Shown here: positions 1 to 8,789 of the stretch, one piece after another | How positions within the stretch are numbered: position 1 is the first letter of the stretch | How the letters are laid out: each line of letters opens with the position of its first letter | Assembly (NCBI GenBank): GCA_023248545.1 | Contig: JAHFEF010000002.1 | Coordinates: 14,908 to 78,907, forward strand | Source of the DNA: Myxococcales bacterium | Lineage (GTDB): Bacteria > Myxococcota > UBA727 > JABDBI01 | Reading direction: 5' to 3' | DNA length: 64,000 bases | The notes under the pieces: generated by a model | Databases searched by the model: none | What the model was told of the DNA's origin: nothing | Seen by the model: only the letters and a program-made list of their open reading frames with translations | Translations under genes and position numbers: made by a program

Positions 1-622
1 CAAAGCCTTCGGCATAGGCCTGCATGAGGCCATACTCGATGCCATTGTGGATCATTTTGACATAGTGCCCAGAACCCACTGGGCCACAGTGCAAGTATCC
101 CAGCTCGCTCGGTGTTTTTTCGCCCTTTCGGCCTTTCGTGCGCTCGATATTGCCAGCACCAGGCGCCAAGGTCTTAAAAATGGGTTCGCAAGTTTTGAAA
201 GATTCTGGCTCAGCGCCGATCATCAGGCAATAACCGCGTTCTTTGCCCCATACGCCGCCACTGGTACCGGCGTCAATAAAGTGAATATTTTTGGCTTTGA
301 GAAGCTCAGCATGTCTGAGATCGTCTTTATAATAAGAATTACCGCCGTCGATGATTATATCACCGGCTTTGAGTTCTTTGGATAGAGCTGAGATTGTGTC
401 ATCGGTGGGTTTGCCAGCGGGAACCATGATCCAAACAACTCGAGGAGCCGAAAGCTGGGAGGCGAGCTCAGCCAAACTATGAGCGCCTTTGGCTCCTAGA
501 GACTCCAGCTTTTTGACGTTGTCGGCGTTTAAATCATAAGCAACACAAGTATGTCCACCCGCCATGAGGCGCTCGGCCATATTGGCGCCCATTTTCCCCA
601 ACCCAATCATTCCAATTTGCAT
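1..622 (-). CDS. 6-phosphogluconate dehydrogenase (decarboxylating), NAD-binding short form, N-terminal part. The CDS continues beyond the window start.
   Basis: My reverse-complement translation from the ATG at 622 gives MQIGMIGLGKMGANMAERLMAGGHTCVAYDLN...GGNSYYKDD...IDAGTSGGVWG...HYVKMIHNGIEYGLMQAYAEGF. This is the typical 6PGDH/Gnd-like Rossmann N-terminus with the GxGxMG motif. It is not in the ORF track because it is truncated. Confidence 0.8.
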   Translation of the reverse strand, partial: MQIGMIGLGKMGANMAERLMAGGHTCVAYDLNADNVKKLESLGAKGAHSLAELASQLSAPRVVWIMVPAGKPTDDTISALSKELKAGDIIIDGGNSYYKDDLRHAELLKAKNIHFIDAGTSGGVWGKERGYCLMIGAEPESFKTCEPIFKTLAPGAGNIERTKGRKGEKTPSELGYLHCGPVGSGHYVKMIHNGIEYGLMQAYAEGF

Positions 623-3117
623 AGAGTCTCCCAGGATATCGAAAGTATGCGTCGGCCTCTTTGTGTTAACACATTCAGGTCACCCAATGCTTGCGCGCGC
701 TTAACCATATTGAAAGTATAGGTTTTGCCTGGGATTGGAAGGTCTTTTTGGGGTTCGCTCACCACTTGCAAAAATACACCCGTATTAGGACCACCTTTGT
801 GCAACTGGCCAGTCGAATGCAAAAATCGTGGTCCAAAGCCCAGTGTAGTCGCGACTTTTTTGGAATCTCGTATTTTTATGCGTAGTTTTTGCAAGATTTG
901 CTGGGTTTCTGCGTTCATGGGCACAAAGGCTTGAAGGGCAAAATAGTCGCCGGGTTTAATTTGGGCGAGCAGGCTTTCTAGTGTTGGGGACTTGCCTGCC
1001 GGAGCTTTGGCGTAGGCAGGATTTTCCATTAATCGCCGTGCTTCTACTTTAGCCGCTTCGACGTCAGGTTGATCAAACGCGTTAATACCCAATATTTTTC
1101 CAGCCAAAGCCGTCGCGATTTCCCAACGGTAAAACTCAGCGCCGATGTGAATCAAATCTGGCACTTCGATTCTAATTACGGGATGTCCCGCGCGTTCTAA
1201 TTTTTCAACCGCTGTTTCTAAAGAGCTATCACCGGCCAGGTGCATGTACACAAAAGCGCGATCGGAGCCATACACGCCAGGAGTGCCGACGGGCTCACCG
1301 ACGATTGGAATTAACCCTTTGTTTTGTTTTCCGGTAGACTCTGCGAGAAGCTGTTCGATCCAGTCTCCTAGGTGTGCGAGTTTTTCTGGGGCGATCAGTG
1401 TGACTTTGTCACGGCCTTTCAGGGCCAGTTGCCCTAAAGACAGCCCCAAACGTGCACCTGGGTTTTCTCGAGGTTTTAAGCTTTCACAGGCCTCGCGCAT
1501 GGCGCATGCATGTTGCAAAAGCGTCTGGGTATCCACGCCCATGAGCTGTGCTGGCACTAGACCAAAATTAGACAGCGCCGAGTAACGCCCACCGATAGAT
1601 TTTAGGCCGTAATAAATCGCCCCAAACCCGCGTTGTTTTGCAATTGCTTCAAGCTGCGATCCTGGATCTGTGATCGCGATAAAATTTTTAGGATTTTTAG
1701 ATTTCTCAAAAAAATAATCCATAAAAATATTGGGTTCAAGTGTGCTTCCCGACTTGCTCGACACGATAAATAGTGTGTTTTTGAAATCAAGTTGTTTCTC
1801 TGTTGCTGCGATTTGTTCAGGATCGGTAGAATCGACGACATAGAATTTCGAAGCGTCTTTGAAAGGCCCTAGGGTTCTATTTAAGACGTCTGGGGCCAAA
1901 CTGGATCCGCCCATTCCGAGCAGCACCACGGCGCTGGTCGACTTGTCCACCGAAGCCTTGGCGTAGGTGGAGGTCACCACATCCAACCACCCCAACCAGG
2001 CATTGGTTTTTTCTTCTTCCCAGAGGTTTTCGATTTCGGTGATTTTGGGTGGGTGCTTGGCTTCGATCGCTGCGAGCATTTTGTCGAAAGGCTCTGAAAA
2101 CAGCTTGATGCCGTCACTTAAGAGTGAGGCCGTGACTTGCTTGAAAGAAACTCCAGCCTGCTTGAGCTCATCCATGGCTTTTGTGGCTTCCGATAAATCA
2201 GCTTCGAGCGTATTTTTAACCTCGCCATGATCTAAAAATGCTTGATAGGTTGCTGGCGGAATCGTATTGACTGTATTGGGACCGATTAACTGCTCGACGT
2301 AGAGCACATCGCGATAGGCTGGATTTTTGGTGCTGGTGCTGGCCCAGAGGAGACGCTGGGTTTGTGCTCCAGCCTTGGCAAGCTTGGCCCAGCGGGGGCT
2401 CGCATAGAGCTCTTGATGATACTTGTAAGTCAGCTTGGCATTGGCGATGGCGATTTTGCCGGCTACTTGTGGGGCCATTTTATCAACCATCGAATCAATG
2501 CGGCTCACAAAAAAGCTGGCCACGCTGGCGATATGGGCAATCTCAAGACCTTGTTTGACTCGAGTTTCAAGACCCTTGATAAAAGCTTCGGCTGCTTGCG
2601 CATATAGTTCTTGGGCAAACAATAAAGTGACGTTGATATTGATGCCGTCAGCAATTAGCTGCTCAATGACAGGGATACATTCGGGGGTGCCTGGAACTTT
2701 AATCATAATATTAGCGCGATTGACGCGGGCCCAGAGGCGTCTGGCTTCCGCGAGTGTTCCTGCTGCATCCAGCGCCAAATGCGGCGAGACTTCCAAACTC
2801 ACGTAACCATCTAAGCGTTTTGTTTTTTGATAAGTTTCTGCAAAGATATCAGCTGCGTCTTGGACGTCTCTAATTGCCAGAGCTTCGTATAAATCAACCG
2901 GTCTTAAAACCTGCTCTTGGTTAAGCTTACCGAGAAAATCATCATATTCGTTACCAGATGTGACAGCTTTTTCGAAAATCGCAGGATTGGATGTAACCCC
3001 ACGTAGACCTTCTTCGTCGACCATGCGTTTAAGCTCGCCCGACGTGATGAGGCTACGTTGAATAAAATCAAGCCAGACCGATTGGCCGGCTGCTGCCAAT
3101 TTTTGAAGAGAGTTCAT
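607..3117 (-). CDS. Bifunctional transaldolase / glucose-6-phosphate isomerase
   Basis: 836 aa. The N-terminal ~350 aa is transaldolase-like (SVWLDFIQR, TSNPAIF, IKVPGT). The C-terminal half is PGI-like (sugar isomerase, SKSGSTLE, GGRYS). It overlaps the gnd start by 16 nt, so this looks like a pentose-phosphate operon. Confidence 0.85.
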   Translation of the reverse strand: MNSLQKLAAAGQSVWLDFIQRSLITSGELKRMVDEEGLRGVTSNPAIFEKAVTSGNEYDDFLGKLNQEQVLRPVDLYEALAIRDVQDAADIFAETYQKTKRLDGYVSLEVSPHLALDAAGTLAEARRLWARVNRANIMIKVPGTPECIPVIEQLIADGININVTLLFAQELYAQAAEAFIKGLETRVKQGLEIAHIASVASFFVSRIDSMVDKMAPQVAGKIAIANAKLTYKYHQELYASPRWAKLAKAGAQTQRLLWASTSTKNPAYRDVLYVEQLIGPNTVNTIPPATYQAFLDHGEVKNTLEADLSEATKAMDELKQAGVSFKQVTASLLSDGIKLFSEPFDKMLAAIEAKHPPKITEIENLWEEEKTNAWLGWLDVVTSTYAKASVDKSTSAVVLLGMGGSSLAPDVLNRTLGPFKDASKFYVVDSTDPEQIAATEKQLDFKNTLFIVSSKSGSTLEPNIFMDYFFEKSKNPKNFIAITDPGSQLEAIAKQRGFGAIYYGLKSIGGRYSALSNFGLVPAQLMGVDTQTLLQHACAMREACESLKPRENPGARLGLSLGQLALKGRDKVTLIAPEKLAHLGDWIEQLLAESTGKQNKGLIPIVGEPVGTPGVYGSDRAFVYMHLAGDSSLETAVEKLERAGHPVIRIEVPDLIHIGAEFYRWEIATALAGKILGINAFDQPDVEAAKVEARRLMENPAYAKAPAGKSPTLESLLAQIKPGDYFALQAFVPMNAETQQILQKLRIKIRDSKKVATTLGFGPRFLHSTGQLHKGGPNTGVFLQVVSEPQKDLPIPGKTYTFNMVKRAQALGDLNVLTQRGRRILSISWETLCKLE

Positions 3118-3179
3118 CTCCCCAATATAGCTCGAACAGTGTCCCGCGCCAATATCTAGCTGTGCTGATATTAAATATT

Positions 3180-4304
3180 ATGACAAACGCCTATATTGCC
3201 GCCACTGGAATTGCTGTTCCGCCTGCTGTTCCCACGGAAAGATTTTTAGAAATCGATCAAAAATACCGAGCCAGACATGGCCAGAGCCGTGAAGTGCGGG
3301 ACATGATCAGGCAATTTGTTGAAAATGCACAAATCAAACAGCGGCATAGTGTCTGTTCTGGTTGGTTCCTGCCAGGAACTAATTCAGAGGGCTATGAAGA
3401 CATATTTACAGAGTATGACTACGATCCACCAGCGTACTTAAGGGCACGATATTGGCATGAGCAAGCTCCTAAAATGGCGATTCAAGCGGCTCAAAATATG
3501 CTGGCTCATTGGTCTGGGAGTGTGGCTGATATTACACATGTTGTGACGACATCTACTTCAGGTTGGGCTGAGCCAGGGATTGCTGTTGAATTGATTGAAG
3601 CACTCGGTTTGTCAGAAGACACGCGTAAGATCGAAATTAATATCAATGGCTGTTTTTGTGGCGCGAGCTGTCTTAGAACTGCGCGCGATATTATTCGAGG
3701 AGGCGAAGCTAAAAATGTCTTAGTGGTTGCAACAGAGCTTGCTTCTATACAGTATAATATGCTCGAAACTGATGTCTCACAGTTGATATCGAGCTCTTTG
3801 TTTGCCGACGGTGCGGCAGCAGCAATCGTCTCGGCTGAAAATTCAAAGGGGGCGTGGGCTTTTGATAAAGCTGGCATGTCATTGGTGCCAGGCAGCAAGC
3901 ACATGCTCAAATTAAACCCGGATTTTGAAAAAGAAGCGACGGCTGTTAAGATGTTTCTACACCAGGGTGTTTCTAAAGCACTGGCTGGCTATTTTCAGTC
4001 AGGACGAGGTCGTGGCTTGTTGGATGATATTCTAAAAGACGCGCCCAGTTACCCAGCATTGGCAGTTCACCCCGGTGGGCCGAATATCTTAGACGGCATG
4101 AATGGTGTTTTGTTAGAACGCGGTTGGCCAAAAAATTGCTTAGACGCGTCGTATGCGACGCTGCATGAAACAGGTAATTTGGGCTCAGCAGCCGTATTAT
4201 TTGTTTTAGATCGCTTGATGCGCGAGACAGAAAATAGGAAAATGGCCTATTTTGCGTTTGGTCCCGGCGTCACAGTGGAGTGGGGAAGTTTGAGCAGCGT
4301 TTGA
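3180..4304 (+). CDS. Type III polyketide synthase (chalcone/stilbene synthase family)
   Basis: All three catalytic-triad contexts are present: Cys in NGCFCGASCLRTA, His in AVHPGGPNILDG, Asn in HETGNLGSAAVLFVLD. The ORF-track start at 3162 is a GTG; the first ATG is at 3180 (MTNAYIAATGIAVP). The gene is divergent from tal-pgi. Confidence 0.85.
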   Translation: MTNAYIAATGIAVPPAVPTERFLEIDQKYRARHGQSREVRDMIRQFVENAQIKQRHSVCSGWFLPGTNSEGYEDIFTEYDYDPPAYLRARYWHEQAPKMAIQAAQNMLAHWSGSVADITHVVTTSTSGWAEPGIAVELIEALGLSEDTRKIEININGCFCGASCLRTARDIIRGGEAKNVLVVATELASIQYNMLETDVSQLISSSLFADGAAAAIVSAENSKGAWAFDKAGMSLVPGSKHMLKLNPDFEKEATAVKMFLHQGVSKALAGYFQSGRGRGLLDDILKDAPSYPALAVHPGGPNILDGMNGVLLERGWPKNCLDASYATLHETGNLGSAAVLFVLDRLMRETENRKMAYFAFGPGVTVEWGSLSSV

Positions 4305-4320
4305 TGATTAAAGAGAGGAT

Positions 4321-7300
4321 ATGAAACTCTCTGCTGATCATATATTGGCCCCCCTGTTTGAACTGGCTCAATCTGACCCGAATCGGGTGGTTTTTACGTT
4401 TGTAGATGATCAGGGCCAAGATGTTGAAGTCAGAACAGCATCACAGATGGCTGACCGTGCTCAAAGTTTGGCATATTATTTGCTCGACGGTTGTGGGCTC
4501 AAGCCAGGCGATGCGGTGCTATTGGTGTATCCGCCTAGTCTTGAGTTCATCGACGCATTTGCGGCCTGTATGTTGGCAGGATTGGTGGCTGCCCCGGTCT
4601 ATCCCCCAAATTTGGCACGACCTGAAAGTGATCTTGCCAGACTGGAGTTGGTGGCCAAGGCTTCAAACGCCAAGGCTATGTTGACGAACCGAGCCTATCG
4701 CTGGGGCGTTCGGTTAAGCTTCAAAGGCCGATGGCCTTCTCTTCCTTGGATTGTCACCCACCTGCGCCAAGGTTTTGATGGGCAAGCGAAGGGGGAAATT
4801 GAAAATCCAATAGCGCTTCTCCAATTTACTTCAGGCTCGACGTCAACTCCAAAAGGCGTTCGCATCACACATGCCAATTTGAGGCACCAGCTTTCACTCT
4901 ATCGAGAACAAGTTTCTGTCGACGAAAGCATTCGTGGCGTCATGTGGGTGCCGCAGTACCATGATTTAGGTCTTATCTGTGGAATTACGGCGGGTTTACA
5001 TGCCCAAGGGTCCTACTGGATCCTCTCGCCGTTTTCTTTTTTAAAAAAGCCAGCCGTCTGGTTTGACGTAATTAATAGAGTTCGAGCCACACACACAGCG
5101 TCGCCCAATTTTGGTTTCGAGTTGGTCACGCGCAAGACAACGCTCAAACAACGAGCCTCGTGGGACTTAAGTTGTCTCAGGCTGATATTGAGTGCCGCCG
5201 AGCCAATTGTTCCCCGTACAATGGATGCTTTTTTTAAAGCCTTCGAAGTATCGAAATTATCTCCTCAAGCTTTTTATCCGGGTTATGGTTTGGCAGAGCA
5301 TGCTGTAGGTGTGACGTTTGGCGGGCAGCAGCGCTTTAAGTTGAATCGTCAAAAGATGTTAGAAAACCAACAGGTTGTTTTTGATGACAACGGTCTAGAA
5401 ATTACCGGTTGTGGTAAGCCTTATGGGGATATTAAAGTCCGCATTGTCTCATCCGAGGGCAAACAGGCATTGCCCGAGGATCAAATCGGCGAGATTTGGG
5501 TGCAGTCTGCCAGTGTCGCCGACGGTTACGAAGGCAATCCAGAAGCCACACAAGAAGTATTCAAAAACGTATTGAGCAACGAGCCCGGGTTTTGGCTGAA
5601 AACAGGCGATTTAGGTTTTCTGCACGGGGGCGAATTATTTATCACGGGTCGCCAGAAAGACCTGGTGATTATTCGAGGCCGCAATATTCACCCTGAAGAT
5701 ATTGAAGAATCTCTACGCTATGCACATCCAGCGATTCGACCCGGCGGCTTAGCGGCGTTTGCAGTGATGGGCGAAGCCACTGAAGAACTAGCAGTTTTAA
5801 TCGAAATCGACGACGCGAAGCACGATCAAGCACCTGAAGCACTTCAGGCAGCTAAACACAAATTAGGTGAAACTTGGGGCTTGCAGGCTCGACTGATTGC
5901 TGTGCCAACCAAGACCGTCAAAAAAACAACGAGTGGCAAAATCCAACGCTCGGCCAACCAAAAAGCGTTTTTAGCAAACCAGATCAAAGAACTCGGTATT
6001 TTAGAGCCACAGGAGCAGGCTAGGCCAATTAATTTCGACGAGCCCTTGTTTGAGCAAATATCAGAAATACCCGTCGAAGAACGTGTTGATTGGTTGATAG
6101 CCGGTATGCAAGCGATTGTTTTAGGCAAGCTATCGAATGAGGTGACACAGGTTGGCCCGGATGATTTTTTGCCGAACACAGGATTAGATTCTCTGGCCAG
6201 CGCCGAGTTATTACAGCTTTTAGAAGAAAAAACAGGCCAAACACTGCCCAGCACCTTGTTTATCGAATATCCCACATTGCGCAAAGCAGCGATGCGCGTG
6301 TTGAGCATTATCGGAGTCGAACACACTGGAGAATTGGCAGTTCCTGATCTTGAACAGCCATTGGTCTATCGACCACCGATTCGCTCCATGCTTCCTGGGA
6401 AAACGCGGATTGGGATCGTGGGTGGCGGCGTCGCTGGGTTGGTGTCTGCCTATGAATTGGCAAAGCTTGGCTACAAGCAAATCACGTTGTTCGAATCCGA
6501 AGCCAACTGTGGCGGCAAAGTTTTGACGGAATATCGTGATCAGGAAGCCATCGAGTTGGGGCAGAATTTTTTTGTGGACTCATTTTCGACGGTGATTGGC
6601 CTGGCCAATGAATTGGAATTGCCATTAAATCCTGCCGACAATACATTCCAACAGTGGACGCCGGATGTTGGTTACGAAGAGGGCCCCGCCCGAAAGCCGT
6701 CGCGCATTTGGATGCGTAACCTTGCCAAGGCTGGGCGTGTTGAATTAAATCCTCGATTGGGTTTGCCCGTGTTGCTGGAGGGTCGCGAAGAGCCATTTTC
6801 AAGTTTCATCAAGCGTCATCATTTAAGTGTCCACCCGATGTTCTATTTTGATTGGAATGCCATGGGGTATGGCTTTGATCTCGAAATGCCGGCTTGTTAT
6901 GTTCTCGCTTATCTTCAACACGTAGGAAGCAGCAGCAACGTTTGTTATTTGCCGAACGGAAATCAACAACTTTGGACAACATTGGCTGAGCGTTTGGAAA
7001 AAACTTGGGGTGTTCAAATTCGACGTGGCCACAAGGTGAGCAGCATTCATCCGACTGAAACGGGTGTTTTGATCGACCAGGAGCATTATGACGAGGTAAT
7101 TTCGGCGGTTCCGCCGGATTTATTGGCCTCATTGCTGCCCCAAGAAGATCCGCTGCAACCCCTATTGGAGCAGTTTGAATACATGGGTTATTCGATTCAT
7201 GCCATCAAAGCGAAGGGTTTATTTGAAAAGGGTGCTGTATTGTTTCCGGAATGGGCGAAGCAACAGGGACCACTGGTAACGATGCAAGCATGTGTTAAGC

Positions 7301-7626
7301 GGCAAGGTTGGTATCTCATGGGTCAATTCGCTTCGGGGCATTCCAAGCAGTTGGATAATATGCCGGAGTCTGATTTGCGTGGCGAGATACAGCATGGCAT
7401 AACGCTGATGGGCGGTCATATCACCGAATGGGGGCCTCATAGAACTTGGAAGTACTTCCCGCATGTTCGAAAAAATCCTGTGTCTGTTTTGCAACAAGCA
7501 GAGAGATTGCAGGGTTCAAGACACGTGTGGACGACGGGGTCTTGGATGGCGTTCGAGACAACCGAACACACAGCCAGACATGCAGGGCATTTGGTTCGAA
7601 CGTGTTTTGACCCGGCTGATTTTTAA
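4321..7626 (+). CDS. Tri-domain protein: fatty acyl-AMP ligase (FAAL), acyl carrier domain, and FAD-dependent amine-oxidase/desaturase-like oxidoreductase
   Basis: Residues ~1-560 carry adenylation motifs (QFTSGSTSTPKGVRITHANL, YGLAEH, GDLGF, GRQKDLVIIRGRN) and a FAAL-type insertion. The phosphopantetheine site GLDSLAS has its Ser codon at 6190-6192. The C-terminal ~400 aa starts with the Rossmann motif IGIVGGGVAGLVSAYELAKLG...ESEANCGGK, typical of the amine-oxidase / protoporphyrinogen-oxidase / CrtI superfamily. An SD (agagagga) lies 8 nt before the ATG, 16 nt after the PKS stop. Confidence 0.8.
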   Translation: MKLSADHILAPLFELAQSDPNRVVFTFVDDQGQDVEVRTASQMADRAQSLAYYLLDGCGLKPGDAVLLVYPPSLEFIDAFAACMLAGLVAAPVYPPNLARPESDLARLELVAKASNAKAMLTNRAYRWGVRLSFKGRWPSLPWIVTHLRQGFDGQAKGEIENPIALLQFTSGSTSTPKGVRITHANLRHQLSLYREQVSVDESIRGVMWVPQYHDLGLICGITAGLHAQGSYWILSPFSFLKKPAVWFDVINRVRATHTASPNFGFELVTRKTTLKQRASWDLSCLRLILSAAEPIVPRTMDAFFKAFEVSKLSPQAFYPGYGLAEHAVGVTFGGQQRFKLNRQKMLENQQVVFDDNGLEITGCGKPYGDIKVRIVSSEGKQALPEDQIGEIWVQSASVADGYEGNPEATQEVFKNVLSNEPGFWLKTGDLGFLHGGELFITGRQKDLVIIRGRNIHPEDIEESLRYAHPAIRPGGLAAFAVMGEATEELAVLIEIDDAKHDQAPEALQAAKHKLGETWGLQARLIAVPTKTVKKTTSGKIQRSANQKAFLANQIKELGILEPQEQARPINFDEPLFEQISEIPVEERVDWLIAGMQAIVLGKLSNEVTQVGPDDFLPNTGLDSLASAELLQLLEEKTGQTLPSTLFIEYPTLRKAAMRVLSIIGVEHTGELAVPDLEQPLVYRPPIRSMLPGKTRIGIVGGGVAGLVSAYELAKLGYKQITLFESEANCGGKVLTEYRDQEAIELGQNFFVDSFSTVIGLANELELPLNPADNTFQQWTPDVGYEEGPARKPSRIWMRNLAKAGRVELNPRLGLPVLLEGREEPFSSFIKRHHLSVHPMFYFDWNAMGYGFDLEMPACYVLAYLQHVGSSSNVCYLPNGNQQLWTTLAERLEKTWGVQIRRGHKVSSIHPTETGVLIDQEHYDEVISAVPPDLLASLLPQEDPLQPLLEQFEYMGYSIHAIKAKGLFEKGAVLFPEWAKQQGPLVTMQACVKRQGWYLMGQFASGHSKQLDNMPESDLRGEIQHGITLMGGHITEWGPHRTWKYFPHVRKNPVSVLQQAERLQGSRHVWTTGSWMAFETTEHTARHAGHLVRTCFDPADF

Positions 7627-8729
7627 ACGTTAAACTTAAAATGCATGACGTCACCATCACGGACGACGTAGTCTTTGCCTTCCAGTTTAATTGCGCCGGC
7701 TGACCGACAGCCGGATTCGCCTTGGTATTTGACGAAGTCTTCCCACCAAATCACATCGGCTTTGATAAAGCCTCGTTCAAAATCCGTGTGAATGACACCG
7801 GCTGCCTGCGGAGCTTTCATGCCGGCATGAATGGTCCAAGCGCGGACTTCTTTGACGCCTGCGGTCAAATAAGTCTGCAGCTTTAAGAGTTTAAAAGCGG
7901 CTTTAATAATCCGATCCAGGCCCGACACTTCGAGGCCGAGTTCTTTCAAGAAATCAGAGCGCTCTTCTGGTTTAAGATGCGAGAGTTCTTCTTCGATTTT
8001 GGCGCACACGACCACCACTTGGTCCTGTCTTTGAGTTGCGAGATCCAAAAGTGTTTTCAAATGCGCGTTTTTGTTAGGGTCAAATCCGTCTTCGTTCACA
8101 TTGGCCACAAACAGTGTCGGTTTTGCTGAGATCAAATGCATATCTCTGAACGTATTTCGGAGATCTTCGTCTTCTTGGTTGTAACTAAAACTTCGGGCGG
8201 GTTGGCCGTTGTTTAAGTGAGTTAACAAAGCGTCACAGAGTGTCTCGGCTTTCTTCGCGGCAGCATTTTGACCACGAGCAGCTTTACGGGCTCTGTCTAA
8301 AGCTTTAGTGCAAGAGTCTAGATCAGCCAGAATCAACTCGGTTTCGATGGTTTGAACATCTCGAACTGGGTCAATATGGTTGTCCACGTGGATAATATTT
8401 TCGTCTTCAAAGCATCTGACGACGTGACAAATAGCGTCTGTATCACGAATGTGGCTCAGAAACTTATTGCCAAGGCCCTCGCCTTGGCTGGCGCCTTTGA
8501 CCAGGCCTGCAATGTCGACGAAAGTCATAGAGGCGGGCAATATACGTTCTGGACGAACCACACTGGCCAGTGCCTGTAACCGATGGTCGGGTACATCTAC
8601 GACGCCGACATTGGGTTCAATCGTACAAAACGGATAATTGGCCGACTCAGCCTGGGCTGAGGTCAGACAGTTAAACAGGGTGCTTTTGCCCACATTGGGC
8701 AAGCCAACAATACCGCAAGAAAGTGCCAT
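7623..8729 (-). CDS. ychF: Ribosome-binding ATPase YchF (Obg-family GTPase)
   Basis: [21 protein letters not shown]-loop, TGS domain at the C-terminus, 368 aa. Confidence 0.9.
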   Translation of the reverse strand: MALSCGIVGLPNVGKSTLFNCLTSAQAESANYPFCTIEPNVGVVDVPDHRLQALASVVRPERILPASMTFVDIAGLVKGASQGEGLGNKFLSHIRDTDAICHVVRCFEDENIIHVDNHIDPVRDVQTIETELILADLDSCTKALDRARKAARGQNAAAKKAETLCDALLTHLNNGQPARSFSYNQEDEDLRNTFRDMHLISAKPTLFVANVNEDGFDPNKNAHLKTLLDLATQRQDQVVVVCAKIEEELSHLKPEERSDFLKELGLEVSGLDRIIKAAFKLLKLQTYLTAGVKEVRAWTIHAGMKAPQAAGVIHTDFERGFIKADVIWWEDFVKYQGESGCRSAGAIKLEGKDYVVRDGDVMHFKFNV

Positions 8730-8789
8730 ATGGGCCAGAAGGCTAGTACGGACGTTTCAAACTAGCAAGGATAGTGACAGCTGGCCTGA

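Noticed and set aside
47-385. Plus-strand 112-aa ORF at the window start
   Set aside because: It lies antisense to the 6PGDH-like gene, whose minus-strand translation is unmistakable. Shadow ORF.
3506-3910. Minus-strand 134-aa ORF inside the type III PKS
   Set aside because: Antisense to a confidently identified PKS. Ala/Ser-rich composition typical of shadow frames.
5844-6326. Minus-strand ORFs (160 aa and neighbours at 6029-7132) inside the FAAL-ACP-oxidase gene
   Set aside because: Antisense to a long ORF with clear adenylation, PP-binding and Rossmann motifs.
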